Positions 37,841 through 50,729 of a DNA stretch of 64,000 nucleotides are shown here, piece by piece (position 1 is the first letter of the stretch; the number at the start of each line of letters is the position of its first letter). The stretch covers positions 3,658,001-3,722,000 of the forward strand of contig JBHGNT010000013.1 of NCBI GenBank assembly GCA_043228905.1, written 5' to 3'. The position numbers and the translations under genes are program-made. Below the pieces are notes generated by a model. The model did not search any database, was not told the origin of the DNA, and saw only the letters and a list, made by a program, of their open reading frames with translations. This DNA comes from Azolla caroliniana. Taxonomy: Eukaryota; Plantae; Polypodiophyta.

Positions 37841-38729
37841 TAGACTCTATGAAGAAAATGACACTGACGATTTGTTTGGATTTCGCATTATTAATACAAA
37901 TTTTGGGTTTTACTTGGTGGATTTTATCCTTTATAATCTTCTATATGTTTCAATTTTATTTTTATATACTTGGTTAGTAGACTTATGACATTGGTTTCAC
38001 CGCATGCATAGTTGACTACCAAATTTATGGAGAAACATGAATTAGTTTAAATTGAGGCTTATTTTGGTCCAAGCTAACGTAAACATAACATGGTCGTACA
38101 ATTGTTTCCATGACTGTCCATGTTGTTATTATGGATCTTTGTTTTCTATTGTTAAAACTATTATGTTTCTATTCCATTGCTACTTAGATTGTGTACTGTG
38201 TTGATAATGGTTCCACTAGCGTTATCCGCATGTTTTTATACGCTTGTAGTTCCACTAGTGTTATCGTTTGGAGTTTGATCCTGTGTGAATCACCTAAGCA
38301 ATAGAGTAGATCAATTTTAAATACAGGTATGAAAGCCTTAATAGGTTTGTTATTTCCACCACATTATCCTAAAGTTCACTGCCTTACATTGTCCACAATT
38401 ATATACATATGGTTTGATCCCATACGAACAAACTGAGGAATAGATTAGATCAACTTTAAATACAAGTATTGAATACTTCAATAAGTTAGTTATTCCAATC
38501 ACATTATCCTAAAGTGCACTATCCTACATTGTCCACAACTATATACATGCACGTATGGGTCAAAGTATAAATTATAACTCATTTTATTAGTATGGATACA
38601 AGTACACCTCATATTTTTGTAAAACTTACCAAATTAATATAAGTCTTTAACTTAGTGTTTCCCTTGTCGCACATTAGTGACATATTGAGCCATTGTTGAA
38701 CTTTATTATGCCTACATTAACTTTATTAT

Positions 38730-39600
38730 GCCAATGCAATCATCTCCCAAAAAAGGAAGATATTGTCAAAGATGCTGAATCTGTCTTGAAGGAATCCTGA
38801 TTGTGTATCATGTATAAGCGAGTGAAGCAGCGGTCACATTCTATTGGCTATAGTCTTTGCTACTATTTAATAGATGTCATTCAGCAAAGTTGTTGGACAC
38901 CATCTTGAGATTTCATTACATCGAGCATCTGGTTTCGGAATCATGTATATGATTCCTTCAGTCCATTCATCGGGCATATTCCCTGTTGTGACAATTAAAT
39001 TAACTGATGTAGTAATAATAGGCCCCAACAAGTCCCAATAATGCAAATAGAATAGCACTCCTATGGCATCCTTTCCAGGACACACATATTTACCCAGGCA
39101 TTTAGCCGTTGTCCAAACTTCAACGTTTGTAAATGGTTGAAGCAACTAGGATGCCATTACATGAGTGCCCTTATGTTGTATTGTTTCTAGTACAAGTTGT
39201 CCCTCATTAAGATCTTCCTCTTAGAAGGATTTAGCAAATAACAATTGATGGTAATATGTCGTAGCTATGTCCCGCATCTCATGGTTGATATTGTTGATAT
39301 CTATTGATTGAAGCAACTGTAGCCATTGGTTGATTTGCCATTTTCTCTTGCCGTGAATGATCCCCATGATTCAGGAAGTTTGTTTTGCATTAAGCCTATC
39401 TTAATATCTTCTGGGATGAGGTTGTTCACGGTAATAACAACCTCCATGGCTTCGTCACAAGTAGCTTCGAAGATAAAAAGAAAATCTTCCTCTTCCTACA
39501 ACACACATATTAAATAATGCATCTAAAGTATGTAACTCAGTGGTACCATCATGTACCTTGTACAAACTCTTTTCAGTTTTGCCAACATTACAATAGTTGT
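38730..39600 (-). pseudogene. LINE (L1/Tx1-like) reverse transcriptase relic
   Basis: CPGKDAIGVLFYLHYWDLLGP..MPDEWTEGIIYMIPK..WCPTTLLNDIY. Confidence 0.75.
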
Positions 39601-40183
39601 GGTGAGTCTCCAAGCCGGTCCGATGCTGAACAGATATAATAGTTGTCTATAGGCAAGCCCCAGTCGGGGTACACTCGGGCTCGCCTACGCGAATGGAAGC
39701 CTTGCATTGAGGATCAGGTTGACGCACCGAAGCACAACAACTATGAGCCACCTAGCCGCCAATCGGGGAGCACGTTGCGTGCCGTTCCGATTGGGGTTTT
39801 GCATAGTAGACAACACTACGAACCGAAACCCTCAGAGTCTATGAGCTCGAGTGGGACTCCATCGTAAACACCAAAAATGTACTCGACACAAAACAAAATG
39901 GAATCCCTAAACTCAAAGAGAGCAAAAAATACCAAAAATGGGGAACTAAACAAAAACGGGGAACCCAAAAGTAAACAAAATGGGAACCCTTTTACAAGGG
40001 ACCCCTCCCTCCATTTATAGCTCAAGAAGGGAGGTACGTTACAATGTGGGACAAATGTTCCTCCCTTTCCGAGGAGATATCTTGCCCTAATTTCCGAATG
40101 CGTGATGGGATAAGTACATTTAATTCCCTCACTTTCACACTCCACGATGTATTGAAGTCCACTTATGTCACTTATTGAATATA

Positions 40184-40577
40184 TGTTGAGCGAACAAGCT
40201 CAACCGGATCCGGAACTAGGATCTGGATAAGTAACCAGATCGTAATCCGGATCAGTATGAACCGGTAGGCTGTTAGAGGCCTACGAATCTAGCCTAGTAT
40301 GTAGGCATATTTTTGAGAGTCAGTGTCAGTCGCTCATATGAGCATTGAAGTACATGTCAGTACTTCTATCATACCTTTTAGGGAATTGTATAAAAGTGCT
40401 CAGTAAGCACATTATATGTACATAGTGTTGTTATTTTGAATTGAGTTTTTCCTGTTCTGCTCTCTCTATCCCTCCCACGTACTATGTATTCATGCTTTTC
40501 ATTAAACCTTCATTTCTGTTTTTTGTTAGCATCCGGCTGAGCCGGTTTGTCTAAGCCTCCACACATAATTCTTCCCA
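40184..40577 (+). repeat. copia LTR of the same family as 25445-25888, followed by a degenerate PBS and gag start
   Basis: Starts TGTTGAGCGAACAAGCTCAACC; shares CTACGAATCTAGCCTAG.ATGTAGGCATAT and CCATTAAACC blocks. Confidence 0.8.
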
Positions 40578-41599
40578 TGGCATCATAGCGCGAGGGTTAG
40601 AATATCCTCTACTTTCGACAGAAAGCGCTAGATAGATGAAAACCCTAATCACTACTAAAGAACAAAAGAAAGAAGAAGGAAATGGACAGAAGTATGGCAA
40701 GCTTGCGTCCGACAAAGAAGCTCGATAGATCCTGCTACGCATCTTGGTCGTACAAAATCCTGCTTGTGGCCTGTGTAATTTAATCTTGAGCCTAGCAATG
40801 GGCCCGGTTTCAGCTCGAACCGAACCGAACCGCTAAGTCGTGGCTTAATGGTTTATCGGTTTAAAGTTTAAAAACTAGTTTGGTTTGGTTTCATAGTATA
40901 ATAGTCGGTTCGGTTTCGGTTCGGTTCGGGTTTTGGTGCTATCGGTTTAGCGGTTTAGCGGTTTAAAGGCTTATCAGTTTATCGGTTTCGGTTTAACGGT
41001 TTGATTTTTATGTTTTAACTTTTTAGATTTAAAAATAATAATCCTATATTCTGCCTCCTGAGTCCTGACTCTCTTTTCTGCCTCCTGAGTCCTGACTCTC
41101 TTTTCTGCACGATTCACATACTGTATACTCTCTTATACTCTCTGTTGCGCTACCTCAGTCCTCATCCTAACTCCTAACTCCTAACTCCCTAGTCCTCTTC
41201 AAAGTTCCTACTACAGCGACACAATCTACAATCTCGTTACACAGGTATGTATTGATCAAGTATTCCCAGCTTCATTCCCAGTAAGGTTACATAATGAAAC
41301 ACATTGATTCAATCCTGACGAACAATTTTTTGAGCTTCTTATTCTATGCTATTAGCGACCCATATTTGTATTCTGAACATGATGAAGTAAAAGCCTATAT
41401 CTCAAACTCTTGATGATAATAGTGTACCACTTTAAAAATGTACACTAGAAAAAGATGCGCCTCAACTTGTCCTTCGGATAAGTCTACCATGTTGGAGTGA
41501 TCTTGCCATCTCCTACTAGAAATTTGAGAAATAGCTTATTAGAGCAGCCAAGAAAACTTAAAAAGTACTTATAATTGACATCAAAACAATCATGCATAC

Positions 41600-42410
41600 C
41601 TAGTTATCGTCTTGTTTTTTCCTGAAGAATTGATGGATTCGTTTATGTGCCTCTCCAAAGCTCCCTGTCGCTATGATCAGCTGCTCTTTAATCCAAGCGG
41701 GTAGCTTTGATGTTGGCCCTGATATTATAGAAGATGATTATGTATATCTAGTATCCACAAGAATAATAGATGCATAATCCTTTATGTGCCTGATTGCTCT
41801 ACCTAAGAAGACATTAATACACTGAGTGGCTTTGGAAACATATGCAAACATAACATAAAAGAGCAGTCAAAAAGTGTTTGAGCATTACCTATAGACTGGT
41901 TTACTACCTTCATGCATAGGTTCTCATAATAAGTTCTGCCATTATAGCTCCTCAATGGTGTGTTTTCCAACTCACAACCCTTAGACATCCTCTCTGTTGG
42001 CACTGACAGAATCATATCAACATACTTCATGCGTTCTACAAGTTCTGGATCTGAAAGGCTTGGGTATGGCAATCCAACCATGACCACACATCTACCCATA
42101 CCATCACTAAAGTTGATACCTTCAGACATTTTCCTCCTACGACACATAGAATGATAGCTCCTGTCCTTCCTGAATCCAGATTCTGAGTATCTGTTACAAC
42201 TTCTTTGTACTTACGTAGTGTTGTATCAAGAGATGTAGCATCTCTGGGCTCTCGAAATAGAACTTTCTTCCTTTGTATCTTATCAAGGATTCCCGAGACT
42301 TTCCATGCCGAGTGAAACTGTTGTTCGTACTCAAATGATGGCAAAAAAATAACCATTCCTTCAGGAACAACCAGAGAAAGATTAAAAACAAATCGTCCTA
42401 GCTCTTCTAC
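41600..42410 (-). pseudogene. DDX11: Captured 3' exons of the DDX11/CHL1 FeS DNA helicase
   Basis: [97 protein letters not shown]; intron 41888-41803 retained; one frameshift and one stop. Confidence 0.9.
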
Positions 42411-43016
42411 CTGTAAATGACAAGAAATGTTTTGAAATGGGAGCAAATTTCTGAAAAACAAAGAGAAGTAATCTTTGTTAGATCTCAATGGCCATTATGG
42501 TCTTTTAGGGATGTTAATATATACTTCTTTCCTTCTTTTTAGTATATCATCAAGAAACTTTTATAAATAAGGTCAAAAAGACCAAATATATTATACCTTA
42601 ACATAGCTGGTGCATCGGAAAATCTAACAGATTACTGCCCATGTACACATCTATGTTGAAACCAAAGTATATAACATGAGCATATACTTTTCTTCCTTGC
42701 TCTAAGGCCTCAAAGGAGATCGTCTATTTTGATTATTTGAACCATGTATTCCTATTATGTTATGTTGCTAATTTTCAGCACTAAACAAATTCATCACTTC
42801 CCAATTTGATATGAACATGCATGCACATGGCTTATAGGGTGTGATAAAGATTATGTGGTACATGTGTGTATGCAATATGACCATTTTAATTAATAAGAGG
42901 ATGCAACCATGCATATATGAGTCATAGTCATGGTAGTTACTATCTTATGGACAAAATATATGTATTATATACATAACTATGCTTTCTTTTTTTATGTTTT
43001 ATAGGGACAACATTAA

Positions 43017-45112
43017 ATGGAATCATCTTCTCAAACTCATGCAGCGATGGGCTCATCGTCAATTAATGTTAGCCATGGGCAAACAAGCATGTTAAGAAAA
43101 AGGCAACGTTCATCATGGACAGATGCTCACATCATATCTTATATGGATAATGGCGCACCTCGACGACGATGCCATCATTGTCATGTTTGTTGGTCTTGAA
43201 AAACATCCACAGGTACTATAGCTAAGCATTTAACGGAAAAACATCATCTATCAGACGAGCCAAATCAAAATTCAGGTATTTCGAAGATTATTCAATCTTC
43301 TATAGAGTCTACTAAAGTATCTTGTTTTTTAGAGAAGAAAATTGATTGTTTCGTCACGAGGTATATTGTCAAGGGAACTTTGCCCCATGCACATGTGGAA
43401 TCAGATGCATTTAAAGAGTTCGTACACGACCTTGTACCTAGATATCAGATGAAGACAAGGCGCATAATTAAACGTTCCATCTTAGAAATGTATGTGGTGT
43501 TGCGCCATCAAGTGATAGATTTATTATCAAAAAGTCAATCAAGATTTTCTATTACTTTTGATGGTTGGTCAAATAGTAGTCTAAAGGGCTTCTACTCAGT
43601 GACACTTCATTGGGCATGTCACGAGACAACAAGATCAAGGTCCATGCTATTGGATTTTGTGCATGTATTTCCAGGTGCTGGATCAGGGAAACGTTGTGCA
43701 CATGCCCTCTTTTGTCGACTTGGATCTTTTAATATTTCAAGTCGATTATTAGCTACAATTTTTGATGGAGCTAGTGATGCACAAATGGCTGCAAAGGAAT
43801 TGAGCATGTTGTTACAAAATGAGCATGGTAAGGAAATTTTAGCTCCCTCACACATGTTAAGGTGTATGGTGCACACTTTTCAATTGGGCATCAAGTCAGC
43901 ATTAGAGATTATCTCACCCTCAATAGAAAAGTTGAGAACAATGCTCCAAATTATTAGATCTAGCAAGGTTCGAAGGGAAGTGTTTAGGAAGTATGCTAAG
44001 ATGGTTGAACATCGTGAAAAGGAACCTCCAAGGCTTGATGTTGTTACAAGATGGAATTCTACTTTAGAGATGTTTAGGCAAGCTATCAAGGATAGAGATA
44101 TATTGAACTTTACAATTTCAGATCTAACAATTTCAAGTGATTTCAATGGTTATGCCTTGACTGTAGAAGATTGGAGTCACATACATGCTATGGAGGAATG
44201 GTTAGAAACACCTGCAGAGGTTTCTACCTTTCTAGGAGGATCAAGATATCCTACATTATCACTAGCATCACTAGCGTATAATTGTTTACTTAATCATTGT
44301 AATCAGTTTTTAGATTCTTCACCTCCGGGATCATCTAGATTCACACAAGCGGTGCTTCAAAATGCGTCTGAGAACTGCTTACAATATTTAATTAAGTATC
44401 AAGAATCGTTAAAGTCTATTCCATCGCGCATTGCAATGTTTCTTGATCCTAGGTAATACTTTCCTTTAAGATTTACAATTGTCTTCATGCTTTCTAATAT
44501 GTTATTTGAGTTTAATAATATTTTTCATTCCTTTTTAGATTGCCTATTTCAAATGACCATATCGAAAAAGAGTTAGATCTTAAGTTGGTTGAAGGCATGA
44601 TTGAGTCCCATTACCACTCATTCTCGAGTGGTGTTGAGCCACCTTCAACCACAATACAACCTATTGATAATAACTCTAAAATTTGGAGGTTAATGGGTGT
44701 ACAGAATAAAAGTCTTATTTCTGATTCACGATCTGAAATTGAGCAGTTTATAAGACTTCCTTTAGCTAGCACAGACAAGGATCCTTTACAATGGTGGCAT
44801 GATAATAAATCTGCAATGCCAAAATTGTATAGGATGACATGTGATTACCTTGCTATACCAGCATCATCAGTACCTACGGAAGAGGCAAATTCAGCAACAA
44901 AAATGACCTTTGATGATAGGATCAAACTACATTCATGCACATTCAAGGCTGAAATGTGTATTCGATCTTGGCTGCAAGTTTTGCGAGAATCGAATATTCA
45001 AATAACAGATAACTTTCACATGGCTTATGAAGAACTTAAATTTAATCTAGATGATCTTGCTCGTGAAGACGAGGTAATAGATTACATGTTACGTGATAAT
45101 CATGGGAGATAA
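43017..45112 (+). pseudogene. hAT transposase (BED finger, DDE core, hATC dimerization domain); one premature TGA at 43197
   Basis: RCHHC..STGTIAKHL.EKH; SITFDGWS; RCMVHTFQL; DVVTRWNST; FLDPR, intron, DPLQWW..MPKLYRMTCDYLAIPASSVPTE. Confidence 0.93.
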
Positions 45113-46202
45113 GGTGTGCATACCTTTTAATTCATTCTTTAAGTTTATTTTTTATTACTAGTTTTTCACTTATTTGATGTTTTTTATATGTGCATGGAAC
45201 AGGAATCATGATACTTTTTCACAAGTCCATGAAATGCAAGTTGCAATTGGAGATCCTCGAAGACATTGTAATTTCTTAGTGCATACTTTTACGAATTTGT
45301 TTTTATTTTATTATTTTATTACTAATTACTTCTTTTACATATTTTATACTTCCAGGAATCGGTAATTCAAGCTGAAAGTAAACATTGGAAACTAAAAGAG
45401 GAACATTGGTTTATGTAGAAGTTTTTCACATTTATCTTATATTTTTGGCTTTGTTGTAAATGGTGGATACAAACTTAAATGCTGACGTGAACTGTATATG
45501 ATCGATTGATGGTCATAAGCTCTGGGATTTTAGTTTTTTGTGTATTATCTATATATTCTCCACAAAACTTTAATGTCAGAAAATTTCTGTTTATTATGGT
45601 ATTCTTCTTCAAAAAACATTTAAAATGTCTAAATTTCTGTTTTTCTTGCTCTGGTTTGGATTGGTTTGGTTTTGGTTTTTTCATAATTGGTTTGGTTTGG
45701 TTCTGATTTTTGTACAAACGGTTTGGTTTGGTTCTAAATTGGTCCTAAACGGTTTGGCTTAAATGGTTTGGTTTCTCATACTTCTTAAATGGTTCGGTTT
45801 AAACGGTTCAGCTCAAAACGGTTTGGTTTAAATGGCTTCAAAATGTAGAAATGGTTTGGTTTGGTTTTTTTCCTTAAAAAGTGGTTTGGTTTGGTTTGGT
45901 TTCAAGGCCAAAAAACCGAACCGGGCCCATTGCTACTTGAGCCTTCCATGATTTCCATTGTTCAACCATTTTGTTTATAATTGGTTCTTCCCAGGTGCCA
46001 TCCACAACCTCGAGAAACCCTTCAATATCCAATACCAATTCTATCTTCGGCTTCCAGATTTTAAAAATTCTTCTCGATTAACTTATCTAAGACATATTTC
46101 TTGCTAAATGTAGTCATATTTAGCAATGGGCCCAATTTTGGCTTAAATTTTATAAGTATGTGGCTTTAAGTGTGACTCATATTGACTGAATAACTCTGAG
46201 GC

Positions 46203-46238
<36 letters not shown>

Positions 46239-46981
46239 GACCACAGGTTTTAGAGATATATATGGCTAGGGACTTGGATTATAACTTTGAATGAGATCGA
46301 AGACACAGGTAATATTGTAATTAAATTATACACATGTTTAGATGTGCACCCTGTAAAATATGTGGTGCTCAAGTCCTTTAATCTTCTAAAGTTGCGTTTT
46401 AGTTATGAATCATCATCATCCCACACCCTTTGATTTTTGCCTCAACATCACCATCATGCTTAGCGTTTATGACTTTTCTTCCAGATTCCTAGAGCAAAAT
46501 CACATCCCTCATTTCCTCTGATCTGCAGGTTAATAACAGAAAGATAGAAATGGAAGGGCAAACAATCGAGAAGTCAAACAATGTCATCAACAACCAGAGC
46601 CCACAAAAACAAAAACAAACACTGACACTGGCTGGATTTGATGAGGTTTTGGGAAATCGAGATCTGACTTTGTTCATTACATTTAAAATTCAAAGATGTG
46701 AAGGAGCAACTACCACAGAAAATCAAAGTCAAACACAAGATGGGGGGGAAATGGGAGGATCTTAATTTCAGGGTCAAACTCGTTGATTAAGGATTATATT
46801 AATCAAATCGATTGAGCACTGTATATATATGTATAATTTGCATACATGATTTTTGAGGGGAGGCATCTGAATTGGTGCAAATTTTATATCCAGAAGATGA
46901 ATACATACCTCTTCTGTTTTCTTATTGTTCTGTTTGTCATAGTGCAAAATTATCTCCTTAATTTGATTTGTGGCCTGTGTC

Positions 46982-47062
46982 GTGGTGGTGGTGGTGGAGG
47001 TGGAGGTGATGGTGGTGGTGGTGGTGGTGGTGGTGGTGGTGGTGGTGGTGGTGGTGGAGGTG
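46982..47062. repeat. (GGT)n microsatellite
   Basis: About 27 GGT/GGA units. Confidence 0.95.
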
Positions 47063-48419
47063 CCGATCAAAATGTTTAATCTCCACTTCAACATTTTTAA
47101 GATGTCTTTAACAATTGATTCATTGGGATTTTTTGTACATTCTATAATCTCGTAGCACCTGTAAAAGCTCGTGATTTGCGTGCGAAATCAGGTGTGAAGC
47201 GATCGAATTTATTGAAGCCATGGAACTTATAAATCAAATCTCCATGTTTCGAATAATGCCCCTTTTAAAACCAAGCCATAGTTCTGGTTGGTCTTGGTCG
47301 ATAAAAATGGTTCGAAGCCACGAAATTCGACATGACATTTGAATAATGCCTTTTAAACCAAAATCCATAGTTCTGGTTGATCTTGGCATATAACAAGAAG
47401 GTGGGCGAAATGGCCAACAAAGGAATACTAATCCATGTCTCTATCTATACATATATCTGCATGTGTAACCTCTGATTGAAATTTTAATGTCAAAACAATG
47501 GTTATGGTGTCTGTAGGTTCTTAACTAATTTCAGTGTGATATCATCTGTATCATCAGATGTTGGTATTACGTTTTGTATTACAATAGAGGTGAGATGAAA
47601 TGTCTCCCTCTGTTTTCTATATGTACATTTCTCAAGTAATTTACTAAGGTGTATCTTTTTAATAAATAAAAAAAAACTAATTTCAGTGTGTGATGTGCCC
47701 CCTTCACTAGAGATTATCATATGATGATTGTAAATTGTATCACGTTTTACATGCATAAGGCAGTTTTCATCAATCATTCTTACATAACCCACATCTTTAT
47801 CTTTAATTATTGCCACCCATCTTTGTGTAATAATTGTTGCCACATTCCCTACAAAATCATGACACTCCTCTTAATTCTCATCTGATTCAGCCTGCCTTCA
47901 TAATAAACGCAAAACAAGTTTCAGAAAGGTTTTATACATGGCCAAACAATTGTGATTGGTCAGATTAGACCAATCCACATGCCCGCCAAACAATCCACAT
48001 GTCAAACAATTGTGATGCCACTACAATTTTTTTTAAGGATGTTTTTCCAAAGGACCTTGTGGAATTTTGTACTTTCCATTAGACCTAATGTAGGGACACA
48101 TGCACAAAAGGTGCAAAATTCTAAACGTGTGTCTAATTCATAAACGGATCTACTACAGACATGGCTTCTTAATTATGAATCTCTACCCCCATCCCTCTCT
48201 TAAAATTTAGCGTAGAACATTATTTAATCATCATCATGTTTAGCTTATCTGGCTTGTTTTTCATGAATAGGAATATATGAAAATAGCTAACGTTGGTGTG
48301 GTTCTAAAGAAAGAAGGACGTCCAAACAACACATTGGCACACAGTCTAGATAGATTCCTACAAAAAAAAAAACACATTCCTCTCTCAATCAAATTAACTA
48401 GTATCAAATTAACTAGCTG

Positions 48420-49930
48420 GCAAGCGTAATGTCATTGCAGACATGCTATCATGAGCAAGATACGACGGAGAAGAAGATAGACATTTTGATGAAGAGGATG
48501 TTGGCTTGGATTTCTTTACAAGTTCCTACGCTCGGGTGCTGACTACTTTCATAGAAGAGGACTACGAAGGCGAATTCGTGGAAATCGGGAAATACTTGAG
48601 TTCTCTTAAAAAAGATGAATCATGGATGACAGAAGACTTCCACCGAATTCCGAAGAAGGCATACAAGTATTTACTTAGGGATGGATCTCTTTGGAGGCAT
48701 GCAAAAAAGAAGAATGGGACTCCGATGAGAGTTGTCTGCAAGCTGGAAGACCGACAAAAACTAATGTCTGAATTTCATGATAGTGTTTTTGCAGGCCATC
48801 GAGGAATATGGGCTACGTTCGCGAAGCTTAAGGAGGAATATTGGTGGCAAGGCATCTACAAAGATGTAGCAGCTTATGTGGAATGTCAAATGATTTCGAT
48901 TGTTCGCCATCGAGATGAACTTCATCCGACTTACCCGTTGGCTATGCATTACAAGTGGATGGTGGACATCGTAATGATGCCAATGGGGCGATGTCAGATG
49001 AAGTATCTTGTGCTCACGAGAGAGGATCTTACCAATCAAGTGGAAGGGCGAGCATTGAGAACTAAGGAGACATCATCAGTATGTAGATTCCTTCTTGATG
49101 ATGTTATTTGCAGATATGGATGCATCGGCAAGATAGTGGCTGATAGAGGCGAGTTAGACACCAAGGAAGCTAGATAGTTCTTCTCTAGGATGGGAATCAA
49201 ATTGTCTCTTACGACGACGTATAATCTGGAAGCAAATGGGAAAGTGGAACGTGGACATGGACCGATTGTGAAGGCTCTAGTGAAAGCTTGCCATGGGAAA
49301 ATAGGAGAATGGCCACGTCTATTGCCATTTGCACTATGGGCTGACACGACTACTCATAGCACGATGACGAGATACATGCTGGCAGAGCTCATATTCGGAC
49401 AGAAACCGATAATGCCTATGGAACAAAGTATTGTTTCATGGTTTGCATTGCCATGGCAAGATGAGATAAGTATAGAAGATCTTCAAGCTGGAAGATATAG
49501 AAGTGGCTAAAGCGCGGTTAAAGAATGCAAGGTTGAGGAACAAGAAAGATTTCGACAAACGACATCGATTTCATCCGAGGAAAATCGTTGAAGGAGATTG
49601 GGTGCTGGTCTACGACAATAGCCTAGACAAACAACATAGTATGGCTCGAAAATTTTCACAATGATGGTTTGGACCATATGTAGTGAAGAAGGTGGAAGAT
49701 AATGCAACATATCGTTTAGTAGAATTGGATGGTACACCACTTGCTTTGCCAATTGCAGGAAAGAGAATCAAGATTTTTAAGAGAAGAGAGGCCCCAAATC
49801 TTCAAATCGAAGCTCTAGACGATATAGCCTCCACCATTGAGGTTGAAAAAGAGTAATCAAAAGAGGAACCTCACCGCAATTGGCACATACTGGTGGATGT
49901 GCAGGATTGATGGGGGTGAATGTCGTGTGA
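48420..49930 (+). pseudogene. gypsy integrase relic (family related to 878-8858) ending in a PPT and LTR start
   Basis: AGHRGIWATFAKLK, REDLTNQVEGRAL, ANGKVERGHGPIVK; GGGGGTGAA followed by TGTCGTG at 49921. Confidence 0.88.
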
Positions 49931-49964
49931 TTTTTTACTTAAATGGCTTCCTCAAAGCTGATTT

Positions 49965-50285
49965 TTGGTCGCGGCTTGATTGGCCACGGCGCACGGCTTG
50001 GTCGTGACGTGTGCGCGCACGGAGACGTCCATTGCTCGGTCGCGACGTGTGTGCGCAAAGAGGCATCCACGACTCGGTCGCGACATGTGCGCGCACGGAG
50101 GCGTACATGGTTCGGTCGAGACGTGTGCGTGCGCGGATGTGTCCACGCCTCAGTCGCGACGTGTGCGCACGGAGGCGTCCACGGCTCGGTTGGGACGTGT
50201 ACGCGCACGGAGACATCCACAGCTTGGTCAACGTCCACGGCTTGGTCGGGACGTGTGCGCGCATAGAGGCGGCCACGACTCGGTT
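49965..50285. repeat. 38-bp GC/CpG-rich tandem repeat
   Basis: Unit approximately GGTCGCGACGTGTGCGCGCACGGAGGCGTCCACGGCTC at 50000, 50038, 50076 and onward. Confidence 0.9.
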
Positions 50286-50289
50286 AGCA

Positions 50290-50725
50290 CGCAATAGCGG
50301 CGGCCAACAAGAGCAAAACCGAAGGCACAAAGATAGTGTCGTTAGCAGTTCCGGACCCTCCACGAATAGGGGGAGTCAAGGCGGCGCCGGAAAACGGCAA
50401 GGAAAGGTCGAAACGGAATGCTGGTATTGTGGCAAGAGAGGCCACCGGGAGAACGAGTGCTAGAAGAACCCGAATCCAGCGTGACCGGACAAGGGAACAT
50501 GCAAATCTCGCACTACGCCGAAAGATCGGAAGGATCCGGAACCAAAAAGATCGGAAAAGGGCCAGCCTTTTCGATGAAGAAGAAGGCGAACTCGATGAAG
50601 AAGACCACTTCCAAATTGGAGGAAGTGTGGTATGTTGAATCCCATGCATCAAACAACATATCAAGCCACGAAGAGTGGTTCTCATACTTGGAGAAACTAG
50701 AGCAACCGGGAGTTGTCAGAACCGG
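50290..50725 (+). pseudogene. copia gag zinc knuckle and protease fragment
   Basis: CWYCGKRGHRENEC; EVWYVESHASNNISSHEEWF. Confidence 0.8.
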
Positions 50726-50729
50726 ACAG

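Larger units (their letters stand above)
40793..45935 (+). mobile_element. hAT (Ac/Tam3-type) DNA transposon with a captured host gene fragment
   Basis: 17-bp TIR TAGCAATGGGCCCGGTT at both ends; 8-bp TSD CTTGAGCC at 40785-40792 and 45936-45943; subterminal (C/T)GGTT clusters; hAT transposase inside. Confidence 0.96.

Noticed and set aside
41600-42410. Functional host DDX11 gene
   Set aside because: Only the terminal exons are present, with a frameshift and a stop, inside hAT TIRs and TSD.
46550-47155. Short ORFs, including poly-Gly, poly-Val and poly-Thr frames and ORF 46550-46765
   Set aside because: The homopolymer ORFs are GGT microsatellite translations; the 71-aa ORF has no recognisable motif, though a small host exon cannot be excluded.
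49935-50363. Overlapping Arg/Ala/His-rich ORFs in all frames
   Set aside because: They result from the stop-poor 38-bp GC-rich tandem repeat.
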